The notes: generated from the letters alone by a model not told the origin. Shown: positions 7,769-15,655, numbered from the stretch's first letter. The stretch: DNA of 24,000 bases from Candidatus Heimdallarchaeota archaeon (GCA_048881705.1 JBHLSH010000009.1:44176-68175); one strand, 5' to 3'. Numbers and translations are program-made.

Positions 7769-8184
7769 GCTGCTCGTTTAAGATTCGCTTCTATGAATTT
7801 GACAATTACTTCAGTATCCGTTCCTGGACCGAAAATTCCCGTGATACCTATCTTGTTCAGAGCGAGGATGTCTACATCTGGAATAATACCTCCCACAACC
7901 ACAAGAGTGTCATCGTACATCTCTTTTTCCTTGAGTAACTCCATGATTTTAGGAAAAAGGGCCATATGAGAACCACTGAGGCTGGAAAGACCTAAAACAT
8001 CAACATCTTCTTGTAAAGCCGCCTCGACAATCTGCTCAGGACTTTTATGTAATCCCGTGTAGATTACTTCCATTCCTGCGTCTCGAAGCGCACGAGCAAC
8101 TACTTTAACGCCTCGATCATGACCATCTAATCCCGGTTTAGCTAATAGGACTCGTATCTTCCTAATGGCGGTAGTTTCACTCAT
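7765..8184 (-). CDS. Methylmalonyl-CoA mutase, small B12-binding subunit
   Basis: [36 protein letters not shown] contains the DxHxxG cobalamin-binding motif. The size (139 aa) matches the archaeal split MCM C-terminal domain. Confidence 0.9.
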   Translation of the reverse strand: MSETTAIRKIRVLLAKPGLDGHDRGVKVVARALRDAGMEVIYTGLHKSPEQIVEAALQEDVDVLGLSSLSGSHMALFPKIMELLKEKEMYDDTLVVVGGIIPDVDILALNKIGITGIFGPGTDTEVIVKFIEANLKRAA

Positions 8185-8211
8185 CGTTTGGCTATTCCTC
8201 CAGTTTTCAGT

Positions 8212-9936
8212 TTAGATCAAACGATCACCCTGCCATTCACCAAAAACCTCCCTAAAAACGTCACAAATTTCACCTATGGATGCATAAGCCTTGACTGCCT
8301 CAAGGATAGAGGGCATTAAGTTTTTAGTACCTTGAGCGGCCGTTTTAATCTTCGCCAAGGCCGCTTCTACCGCTTCATTATCTCTCTCGGCTTTAACCTT
8401 ATGCAGACGAGTAATTTGGCGTTCAACAACTTCATTTTTAACCTCGAGAAGGGGAACCGTGATCTTTTCGTCTCGAGTATATTCATTCACCCCGACAATC
8501 ACACGTTGTTTTTCCTCAACCTCTTTTTGATACTGGTAGGCTGAGGTAGCGATCTCTTGTTGGAAAAATCCTTTCTCGATTGCTGGGATAACCCCACCTA
8601 ACTGCTTTATTTTCTGAAAATACTCTTCCACTTTTTGCTCCATGCGGTTTGTCAATGTTTCCATGAAATAGCTCCCCGCTAAAGGATCAATCGTATTCGT
8701 AACTCCGCTTTCATGTGCAATGATTTGCTGAGTCCGCAGCGCAATTTCTACGGCTTCCTTGCTTGGAAGAGCCAATGCCTCATCTAATGAATTGGTGTGT
8801 AAAGATTGGGTACCCCCTAGAACTGCAGCAAGCGCCTGAACTGTTGTTCTCACAACATTATTGTAGGGTTGTTGGGCCGTTAAAGATACCCCCGCAGTCT
8901 GGGTGTGAAACCGTAACCACATCGAACGGGGTTTTTTAGGATTGAATTGCCGCATATGCCTAGCCCAAATCCGTCTGGCGGCCCGATACTTGGCTATCTC
9001 TTCAAAAAAATCATTATGTGAATTAAAGAAAAATGAAAGCCGGGGAGCGAAGTCATCAACATCCATTCCAGCTTCTACTGCCCATTTGACATACTCCAAA
9101 CCATCAGCTAATGTGAATGCCAACTCTTGGATCGCAGTGGAGCCTGCTTCCCGTATATGATATCCCGAAATCGAAATGGTATTCCATCGGGGCACGTGTT
9201 CCGCACAATACTTGATTATGTCGACAATAATCCGCATAGAGGGACGTGGCGGAAAAATATATGATTTCTGGGCGATATATTCTTTTAAAATATCGTTCTG
9301 GATTGTCCCGCCAATTTGATCCGATCCCACCCCCTGTTTTTCCGCAACTGCTATATACATTGCCAACAAAATGGCCGCAGGTGCATTTATTGTCATGGAG
9401 GTAGTAACTTTGTCGAGAGGGATTCCATCAAATAGAATCTCCATATCCTTTAGTGTATCTACAGCAACTCCTAATTTGCCAACTTCACCTAGGGACATGG
9501 GATGATCGGATTCTCGTCCATATAAGGTCGGAAGATGAAAGGCTACACTCAATCCAGTCATTCCACTTGCCAAGAGGAATTTAAAACGTTGATTTGTCTC
9601 TTCTGCACCTCCGAAACCCGCAAATTGTCGCATAGTCCATAAACGCCCTCGGTACATTGAGGGTTGGACACCTCTCGTGTATGGAAACATGCCAGGATAA
9701 CCTAGCTCACTCAAATAGCTCCAGTCATCAGGTAGATCAGTCGGGTCGTAAATCCGATTGATAGGTTCACTCGAGGTGGTCATGAATTTCGATAGACGCT
9801 CTGAGTCTTCTGTTACCTTTTTATCATAGAGTTCCTCCCAATCCTGCCTCTTTTGCTTGAGAGATTCATGAGAATCTTTTTTTCCAGATATTGATGTAGA
9901 TTTATCTTTTTTGATTTCGGAGGTCTCAGTGGTCAA
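8212..9936 (-). CDS. Methylmalonyl-CoA mutase, large catalytic (TIM-barrel) subunit
   Basis: [63 protein letters not shown] and RFHTQTAG are hallmark MCM segments. The track start is TTG at 9936, overlapping the cobA-like stop as TTGA. The conserved N-terminal W...F.T.S region lies upstream of the first in-frame ATG. Confidence 0.9.
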   Translation of the reverse strand: MTTETSEIKKDKSTSISGKKDSHESLKQKRQDWEELYDKKVTEDSERLSKFMTTSSEPINRIYDPTDLPDDWSYLSELGYPGMFPYTRGVQPSMYRGRLWTMRQFAGFGGAEETNQRFKFLLASGMTGLSVAFHLPTLYGRESDHPMSLGEVGKLGVAVDTLKDMEILFDGIPLDKVTTSMTINAPAAILLAMYIAVAEKQGVGSDQIGGTIQNDILKEYIAQKSYIFPPRPSMRIIVDIIKYCAEHVPRWNTISISGYHIREAGSTAIQELAFTLADGLEYVKWAVEAGMDVDDFAPRLSFFFNSHNDFFEEIAKYRAARRIWARHMRQFNPKKPRSMWLRFHTQTAGVSLTAQQPYNNVVRTTVQALAAVLGGTQSLHTNSLDEALALPSKEAVEIALRTQQIIAHESGVTNTIDPLAGSYFMETLTNRMEQKVEEYFQKIKQLGGVIPAIEKGFFQQEIATSAYQYQKEVEEKQRVIVGVNEYTRDEKITVPLLEVKNEVVERQITRLHKVKAERDNEAVEAALAKIKTAAQGTKNLMPSILEAVKAYASIGEICDVFREVFGEWQGDRLI

Positions 9937-10478
9937 TATTCTACACCTCTTCGAGCCAAAACTTCCCTTTGGTATGGATGTTTGTGCGATTGGATTTCTG
10001 TGTGATAGTCCGCCAAGGCCACGATACTCCGCGGCGCGTTTCTTCCTGTCAAGATTATTTCCAATTTTTTAGGTTTTTGCTTAATTAGCTTAATGACTTC
10101 TGTTTTGGAAATTAATCCAAAATCTAGGGCTACATTAATCTCATCTAAGATTAGTACGTCCCAATCTTCCTTTTCCACTGCGGTACGAGCCCGAATAAGT
10201 GCAGCCTGTGCCTCTGTTATATCAATTTCTTTGGGATTTTTTCTGTCTATAAACTCTGGCCTTCCATACTGTACCAAAGTTATCTGTGGTATCGCAGTAA
10301 GCGCCCTCAACTCCCCATAATTCCATCCTTTCTTCAGCCATTGTATGATTAGAACCTTGAACCCATGTCCCGCCGCGCGAAGGGCCATCCCAAGGGCAGA
10401 CGTCGTTTTTCCTTTGCCGTCTCCCGTTACTACGTGAGTATATCCTAGTTGTTTATTTTCCATATCGTGCTTAACCAT
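9933..10478 (-). CDS. cobA: Cob(I)yrinic acid a,c-diamide / cob(I)alamin adenosyltransferase, CobA/CobO/BtuR type
   Basis: The P-loop-like [32 protein letters not shown] and [14 protein letters not shown] match CobA-type ATP:corrinoid adenosyltransferases. Confidence 0.85.
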   Translation of the reverse strand: MVKHDMENKQLGYTHVVTGDGKGKTTSALGMALRAAGHGFKVLIIQWLKKGWNYGELRALTAIPQITLVQYGRPEFIDRKNPKEIDITEAQAALIRARTAVEKEDWDVLILDEINVALDFGLISKTEVIKLIKQKPKKLEIILTGRNAPRSIVALADYHTEIQSHKHPYQREVLARRGVEY

Positions 10479-10591
10479 TTAATGGCCTCTGAGGTCTTTG
10501 ACTGAAGTGTCCCATATCGATTTGAATTCCTTTTGATCAGTAGAAAAAGAGACCCACATATCGCTATTTTGTGAATAGGAATGATCAATCA

Positions 10592-11407
10592 ATGAAATTA
10601 ATCTTAGTGACCAATGACGATGGTATTGGCGCAACAGGTCTAAGAATGCTAGCAAATGCAATGATGGAGCTTCCCTCCGAAGTTAAAACTCTTGTTGTTG
10701 CTCCTACAAGTCAACGTTCTGCTGGCGGAAAATCAATCACTTATTCTACACCTTTGCGTTTATCTAGAGAAATTGATCTTTTTGATAACAAAATCTCAGC
10801 TTACTCGGTTGATGGCACACCCGCAGATTGTGTAATAATGGGAAAATATGTAAGCAAAAAAGAATTCGGTAAAATTCCTGACCTTATTGTAAGTGGAATT
10901 AACAGTGGGGGTAATTCATCGGTCCAATCGATTCTCGCATCTGGAACATGTGCAGCTGCATTTGAAGGAGGAATTTCCGGCATTCCCTCAATTGCTTTTT
11001 CTTTGGAAGTCCCTGAAAGTGAGCTTTTTTCAAAACCAAGTCAATCCGCATCCAATTATGAGGTTGCAGCCATTCGTGCAAAAGAAATCGCCAGTAAGGT
11101 TCTTCTAAAAGGGCTACCTTCCAAAGTACTATTCCTGAACTGCAATTTTCCTTCAAGTGTTTCACTTCAAACACCAATCGATTTCGTCCCATTAGCTCCG
11201 GAAAAGTACATTGACGAAGCCATAGAACAGAAAGATCCTAGAGGAGTCCCAATATATTGGATTTGGGGGGATTTAATATCTAATCTGCAGGAAAACACAG
11301 ATGTACATTCTTTAAGTGTTAAAAAGATGATCACCTTAACGCCTATAAGCTTGGAATTCAGGCTAGATCATATATTGACTCTGAAAAAATGGTTCTCAGA
11401 AGAATGA
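10592..11407 (+). CDS. surE: 5'/3'-nucleotidase SurE
   Basis: MKLILVTNDDGIGATGLRMLA (the SurE N-terminal DD metal site) and SGINSGGN. I chose ATG 10592 over the upstream GTG 10571 because SurE proteins typically begin right at this motif. Confidence 0.85.
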   Translation: MKLILVTNDDGIGATGLRMLANAMMELPSEVKTLVVAPTSQRSAGGKSITYSTPLRLSREIDLFDNKISAYSVDGTPADCVIMGKYVSKKEFGKIPDLIVSGINSGGNSSVQSILASGTCAAAFEGGISGIPSIAFSLEVPESELFSKPSQSASNYEVAAIRAKEIASKVLLKGLPSKVLFLNCNFPSSVSLQTPIDFVPLAPEKYIDEAIEQKDPRGVPIYWIWGDLISNLQENTDVHSLSVKKMITLTPISLEFRLDHILTLKKWFSEE

Positions 11408-11612
11408 CAAACGTATCCAATCCAACTAGTCTTTGAAAATTTGCGAAAGTAAAACGATTGACGGAACTACAGCCCAATCCATTTATGATTGAATTCCTTT
11501 TGAATTGGCGTAAAAGATTTATTACTAGCTTCTATTCAGATCTATGATCATCATTCAATCTCTATAGCATGATTTGTAGCTAAAACATCAATTCTTACGT
11601 CTTGATTGACAT

Positions 11613-11684
11613 GGCCGGTGTAGGATAACGGTAGTCTCGGTGGTTGTGGCCCACCATGTCGGGGTTCAATTCCCCGCTCCGGCC
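11613..11684 (+). tRNA. tRNA-His (anticodon GUG) with genome-encoded G-1 and no encoded CCA
   Basis: Hand-folded cloverleaf. The acceptor stem is GCCGGTG/CTCCGGC with one U6-U67 mismatch. The D arm is GGAT-AACGGTA-GTCT. The anticodon arm is GGTGG-TTGTGGC-CCACC, giving anticodon GTG. The T arm is CGGGG-TTCAATT-CCCCG. An extra 5' G (11613) pairs with discriminator C (11684), as expected for tRNA-His. Confidence 0.85.
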
Positions 11685-11689
11685 CTTCC

Positions 11690-11695
11690 TTTTTT
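11690..11695 (+). terminator. Oligo-T tract immediately after tRNA-His (archaeal-type terminator candidate)
   Basis: A T6 run starts 6 nt after the discriminator base. Archaeal RNA polymerase terminates at oligo-T tracts. Confidence 0.4.
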
Positions 11696-11845
11696 GCTTT
11701 CGATCTTTTCTCAGAGCTTATTCCTTGTAATCATATCAGAAGACCTGTGAATTAATTTTGTATTAGTGCTCTGTCACCCAATAACCTTTCACCCAAGAGA
11801 ATAGAAAGTTATTTGACTGTTCCAAGAATCATCGGCAGAATAACC

Positions 11846-12859
11846 ATGAAAATCTCTAAGAATTCCCTCGGGTTTATTATATCTTACGATTTCCTTCCCC
11901 CCTCCCTGTGCAATGATCTTATCAAAGTCTTGGCCGATTCTGGCAGTTTTACTCATGTTTTTGTTCCCGAACTCTGGGGTTATGACGCATTTACCCAGAT
12001 AACTAGCATGGTACCCCATGCTTCCAATTTAACCTTTGGAACAGGGATTGTTAATCTGTATTCCCGAACCCCTGCCACCTTGGCTCAGACGGCTGCGGCT
12101 CTTAATACATTAACAGAAGGAAAATTCATTCTTGGTCTTGGACTGAGCGGCCCCATTGTGATTCAAGACTGGCACGGAGTTAAGTACTTTAAACACTCCC
12201 CATTGGAGAGAACACGGGAGTATATCGAAATTTTACGCTTGATTTTCTCTGGAGAGCCCGTAAACTATGATGGCCAAATATTCAAGCTAAAAAGATTTAA
12301 GATCCGAACCTTTAGCACACCTCTGGATATTCCTCTCTGGGTGGCAGCTCTCGGCCCAAAAAACCTTGCCCTAGTCGGAGAACTGGCAGATGGCTGGTTT
12401 CCTATCTGGGCCCCGATAGGAGGGTTTAAATCTCTCAAAGATGACTTAGCCAAGGGTTATGCAAACCGTAGTCCCGATCTCAGTAAACAGGTTGAAGTTG
12501 CACCGTTTCTTATTACCTGTGCATCTGAAGGCGACAAGGCGAGGCTTCTTGTTCAAAAAAACATAGCTTACTATGTGGGCGGGATGGGTGATTTTTACTA
12601 TAACTTCACAAAACGTATGGGATTTACCACTGAAGCCGAAAAAATCAGATCCGCATGGAAAACGGGCGAGAGAGAAGCCGCGGCCAAAGCTGTCTCCCAA
12701 AAGATGTTGGATAAAATTGCGGCCCTCGGGTCAGCAGAAAAAATCCAACAACGGTATCAAGAATTTCGTGATGAAGGGGTGACGCTCCCTATCTGCACCC
12801 TGCCATTCAATTGTCCCCCAGATCTGGCTATGGAGACCATCAGTGCATTTTCTGGTTGA
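11846..12859 (+). CDS. Luciferase-like (LLM class) flavin/F420-dependent oxidoreductase
   Basis: FGTGIVNLYSRTPATLAQTAAALNTLTEGKFILGLGLSGPIVIQDWHGVKY and LGPKNLALVGELADGWFPIW are typical of the LLM/Mer-like family. I prefer ATG 11846 to the upstream TTG 11813. Confidence 0.75.
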   Translation: MKISKNSLGFIISYDFLPPSLCNDLIKVLADSGSFTHVFVPELWGYDAFTQITSMVPHASNLTFGTGIVNLYSRTPATLAQTAAALNTLTEGKFILGLGLSGPIVIQDWHGVKYFKHSPLERTREYIEILRLIFSGEPVNYDGQIFKLKRFKIRTFSTPLDIPLWVAALGPKNLALVGELADGWFPIWAPIGGFKSLKDDLAKGYANRSPDLSKQVEVAPFLITCASEGDKARLLVQKNIAYYVGGMGDFYYNFTKRMGFTTEAEKIRSAWKTGEREAAAKAVSQKMLDKIAALGSAEKIQQRYQEFRDEGVTLPICTLPFNCPPDLAMETISAFSG

Positions 12860-12896
12860 AATCCAAGGGAAGATCTGGAAATCCTGGAGAATCACT

Positions 12897-13289
12897 TTAT
12901 TTTAGCGGTACGAACTGTGAACCGCGTGTTGCTCCAATTCCTGGAGCAGAGTGTTTGACCTGTTTGCAGGTCGGTGAATATTCCCCTAGGTAATGTCCCA
13001 ACATCTCTGGTTGCAACTCTACCCGGAGAAATTCTTTACCGTTATACACTTGTAATACCCCTCCAATCAACTCAGGAAGAATGATAAAATCGCGACAATG
13101 AGTCCGAACGGGTCGTTTACTGTCTTTGGAGGCTAGCACCTTCTCCATAAGCTTGATATGCTGCGGATCCATCCCTCGTTTCAGTGACCGTCGTTGACGG
13201 GCGGGAAGAAGTGAGATAAATTCATCCATACTCAATTGTTTGAGCTCGTCTAAAGAATAACCTCGATATTCAAATTGGCGCCGGGACAT
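12897..13289 (-). CDS. rps19: 30S ribosomal protein uS19 (S19P / eukaryotic S15 type)
   Basis: FEYRGYSLDELKQLSMDEFISLLPARQRRSLKRG...ILPEMIG-like ILPELIGGVLQVYNGKEF...LGEYSPTCKQVKHSAPGIGATRGSQFVPLK. GGTGG lies 6 nt upstream of the ATG. Confidence 0.9.
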   Translation of the reverse strand: MSRRQFEYRGYSLDELKQLSMDEFISLLPARQRRSLKRGMDPQHIKLMEKVLASKDSKRPVRTHCRDFIILPELIGGVLQVYNGKEFLRVELQPEMLGHYLGEYSPTCKQVKHSAPGIGATRGSQFVPLK

Positions 13290-13337
13290 TTAAAGCCACC
13301 GTTGATGTTCTGTGTAGACAGGCAGGTTCTTGAGGGC

Positions 13338-13345
13338 TATATAAA
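13338..13345. promoter_or_regulatory. TATATAAA box in the uS19/uL22 divergent intergenic region (candidate uS19 promoter)
   Basis: The TATA-like octamer sits about 50 nt upstream of the uS19 ATG. This is consistent with a transcription start about 25 nt downstream and a short leader carrying the GGTGG SD. A second A/T-rich box (TTATACAAAAA, 13493-13503) lies about 35 nt upstream of the uL22 TTG. Confidence 0.3.
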
Positions 13346-13534
13346 TGAGAGGATGAAGAGAGGGCAGAAGCGGGGAAAGAGATGTGAGGGGTGGCCTTTA
13401 AAGGAAAAAAAAGGGGTTCCAGAACAGCCACTATCAAGCCACAGCTTGGTCAGTTGAGGTTGATTCTTCCAACCACAACGAGCGTAGTTATGATTATACA
13501 AAAACACATGATAATGTAGATAGTTGATTCCAGA

Positions 13535-13996
13535 TTGCCCAGTTACAAGTTATCTGTCTTTGGTTTGGACCCAGATCGAACCGCTGTCGCCACAGGCCGC
13601 AATCTGCGCATCTCCCCGAAACATGCGCGGGAGATCTGCCATGAAATCAAAGGGAAGTACCTAGAAACAGCCCAAGAATACCTAGAAGCGGTTCTTGAAA
13701 AGAAACGCAGCGTTCCCTTCCGTCGTTATCGAAAGAAGGTCCCCCATCGTAATGATCTGTCGAAATGGCCGACTGGCCGCTATCCACAAAGGGCATCTTT
13801 CGAAATCCTACGCCTACTTGAAAGTGCAGAACAGAACGCCTCTTTCAAGGGACTCGAGGTCAGTCGCCTCCGCATCACACATATCGCCGCCTTGCGTGGC
13901 CGTAAAATTCGAGGTTATACTCCTCGGGCGCAAGGACGCACCTCCCCAAGTAACCAGACCCTAACACATGTGGAAGTCGTAGTAACCGAGGAATGA
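13535..13996 (+). CDS. rpl22: 50S ribosomal protein uL22
   Basis: TAVATGRNLRISPKHAREICHEIKGKYLETAQEYLEAV...VPFRRY...GRYPQRASFEILRLLESAEQNA...LRITHIAALRG matches the archaeal L22 pattern. TTG start. The in-frame stop at 13517 leaves no ATG or GTG option. Confidence 0.9.
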   Translation: MPSYKLSVFGLDPDRTAVATGRNLRISPKHAREICHEIKGKYLETAQEYLEAVLEKKRSVPFRRYRKKVPHRNDLSKWPTGRYPQRASFEILRLLESAEQNASFKGLEVSRLRITHIAALRGRKIRGYTPRAQGRTSPSNQTLTHVEVVVTEE

Positions 13997-14000
13997 GCTT

Positions 14001-14831
14001 ATGGCAGCACAGAAAAATTTCATTCACAAAAATATGCAGTACGTCCAAGTAATGGAGTACCTCAACGAAGAACTTAAGCTCGCGGGTCAGGGCCGAATCG
14101 AGATTCACAAAACTCCCATGGGCCATAGAGTCGTTATCCATGCAGTTCGTTTAGGAATTGTGATCGGAAGGCGCGGACGGAATGTTCGAAAAATCACCGA
14201 CATCTTGGAGCATGTTTATGGATTGGAGACCCCTCAGCTCGAAGTCCGTGATTTAGAAAACCCCCATCTCAATTCTCGGGTGATGGCAGGACGTTTGATT
14301 TCCCAAATTCAAAAAGGTTTCCATTTTCGACGTGCAGGCTACGCGTTGGTCCGGCGGATAATGGGCGCCAACGCTCGTGGTTGTGAAATCACCATCAAAG
14401 GAAAATTAACTTCACAACGGGCTCGAGCCGAGGTCTTTCGAGATGGTTTTGTTGCCAAATGCGGAGAGCCCGCGGACAAATTTGTTGACAGCGCAGTCAT
14501 GGAAGTCACCTTAAAACAAGGGGTCATTGGCGTTCATGTCAAAATCATGCAACCAGATGCAACTTTGCCTGACGATGCTGAGATCATCTTCGATGTGTTT
14601 GCCCCTCCAGAAGCTGAAGAAAAACCAGAAGAAGAATTAGAGGCAGAAGAGATCGAAGCTGAATCAGAGATCCTTGAAAAATCAGAGGCCTCTCTTGCAG
14701 AAGAAGCCTCTGAAGAAGTAGAAGAATCCGAACCATCCTCCTCAGAGAAAGAAGCAATTGGTCCTGATACTTCGGTGCCAGAAAAAAATGAGGAGCTGCT
14801 AGATGCATCGGATTTTGATAAGGAGGACTGA
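14001..14831 (+). CDS. rps3: 30S ribosomal protein uS3 with a roughly 75-aa acidic C-terminal extension
   Basis: KH domain RVVIHAVRLGIVIGRRGRNVRKITDILE, then RVMAGRLISQIQKGFHFRRAGY...GCEITIKGKLTSQRARAEVFRDG. GAGGA lies upstream of the ATG. Confidence 0.9.
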   Translation: MAAQKNFIHKNMQYVQVMEYLNEELKLAGQGRIEIHKTPMGHRVVIHAVRLGIVIGRRGRNVRKITDILEHVYGLETPQLEVRDLENPHLNSRVMAGRLISQIQKGFHFRRAGYALVRRIMGANARGCEITIKGKLTSQRARAEVFRDGFVAKCGEPADKFVDSAVMEVTLKQGVIGVHVKIMQPDATLPDDAEIIFDVFAPPEAEEKPEEELEAEEIEAESEILEKSEASLAEEASEEVEESEPSSSEKEAIGPDTSVPEKNEELLDASDFDKED

Positions 14832-14836
14832 ATCAT

Positions 14837-15043
14837 ATGGCAATCTTACGTAAATCACAAATCCGGAAAATGAGCCTTCAAGATCGTCAGAAGAAGATAG
14901 CGGAATTGAAGACGGAATTACTTGCTGTAAAGGGTAAAACTAAGTCAGGGTCAATTGAATCCGCTGGACGAGTTCGCCTGCTGAGACAAACTATTGCCCG
15001 CCTCCACACAATTGGAAAAGAAGAAAATGAAACGCGCCGATGA
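14837..15043 (+). CDS. rpl29: 50S ribosomal protein uL29
   Basis: MAILRKSQIRKMSLQDRQKKIAELKTELLAVKGK...RLLRQTIARLHTI. A strong AGGAGG lies 8 nt upstream. Confidence 0.9.
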   Translation: MAILRKSQIRKMSLQDRQKKIAELKTELLAVKGKTKSGSIESAGRVRLLRQTIARLHTIGKEENETRR

Positions 15044-15317
15044 CCTTCGATTGGCAAAATCAAGCAGTATTGCCAAAATTCGCCTTCTCGGTAAACGTTG
15101 TGAAATCCTATACGGGAACCAAACATTCGCTGGAATCATCTGGAGAGAAACAAAGCATACCTTACAAATACAAACGCCTAATGGCATTAAAACCTTCCCC
15201 AAACAACAGATAGTCATTCGAATTACGTATAATGATCACACCTATGAAATTGCTGGCAAAGTAATGAAAGGCCGACCCGAAGATCGAATCAAAACATGGA
15301 TGAAACGTCAATGGTAA
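15027..15317 (+). CDS. rnp1: Ribonuclease P protein component 1 (Rpp29 / Pop4)
   Basis: LLGKRCEILYGNQTFAGIIWRETKHTLQIQTPNGIKTFPKQQIVIRITYNDHTYEIAGKVMKGRPEDRIK matches the Rpp29 Sm-like barrel (ETKNTL.I.T..G....PK ... G..L.GRPEDR.K). It sits in the canonical position between L29 and S17. I chose ATG 15027, which overlaps L29 by 17 nt. Confidence 0.85.
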   Translation: MKRADDLRLAKSSSIAKIRLLGKRCEILYGNQTFAGIIWRETKHTLQIQTPNGIKTFPKQQIVIRITYNDHTYEIAGKVMKGRPEDRIKTWMKRQW

Positions 15318-15655
15318 AAAAGAAGTACTCTCGCCACATAGGCGTCGCTCCCTCTCCTAAGAGAACATGTGATGATAACAACTGCCCGTTTCATGGCACT
15401 TTGTCAGTTCGTGGCCGATTCATGGAAACTGAAGTCATTTCAGATAAGATGGATAAAACCGTAACCGTTAAACAGTCACGGTTAGAGCTGGTAAGAAAAT
15501 ACAAACGATATGGCAGATCTACTACTCGCTTTCACGCTCATAATCCCCCCTGCATTGATGCTAAGGTGGGGGATCGAGTCCGGATAGGTGAATGCAGACC
15601 GTTGGCAAAAACTGTCTCTTTCGTTGTTATCGAAAAGATAGAAGCAGGAGACTGA
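15296..15655 (+). CDS. rps17: 30S ribosomal protein uS17
   Basis: CDDNNCPFHGTLSVRGRFMETEVISDKMDKTVTVK...HAHNPPCIDAKVGDRVRIGECRPLAKTVSFVV. An alternative start at ATG 15311 is equally plausible. Confidence 0.9.
   Translation: MDETSMVKKKYSRHIGVAPSPKRTCDDNNCPFHGTLSVRGRFMETEVISDKMDKTVTVKQSRLELVRKYKRYGRSTTRFHAHNPPCIDAKVGDRVRIGECRPLAKTVSFVVIEKIEAGD

Noticed and set aside
8332-9160. 70-aa and 72-aa plus-strand ORFs inside the MCM large-subunit gene
   Set aside because: They are antisense to a gene with unmistakable MCM motifs, and the sequences are low-information.
10479-10661. 60-aa minus-strand ORF in the cobA/surE divergent region
   Set aside because: It overlaps the surE 5' end antisense and abuts the cobA start with no motif. 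This region is more plausibly the shared promoter region.
10893-11192. 71-aa plus-strand and 97-aa minus-strand ORFs inside surE
   Set aside because: They are alternative-frame or antisense ORFs within a well-supported SurE gene.
12265-12993. Several 60-84-aa ORFs on both strands across the LLM oxidoreductase 3' half and the uS19 3' end
   Set aside because: All overlap confidently assigned genes in other frames or on the other strand. None has a recognisable motif.
13275-13457. 60-aa plus-strand ORF in the uS19/uL22 intergenic region
   Set aside because: Its start overlaps the uS19 start antisense. The sequence is a Lys/Arg/Gly-rich translation of purine-rich promoter DNA, with no SD or motif.
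14534-14836. 100-aa Ser-rich and 74-aa Leu-rich minus-strand ORFs
   Set aside because: They are antisense to the GAA/GAG-rich acidic tail of uS3. Complementing Glu codons gives TTC/CTC runs, which produces stop-free low-complexity shadow frames.
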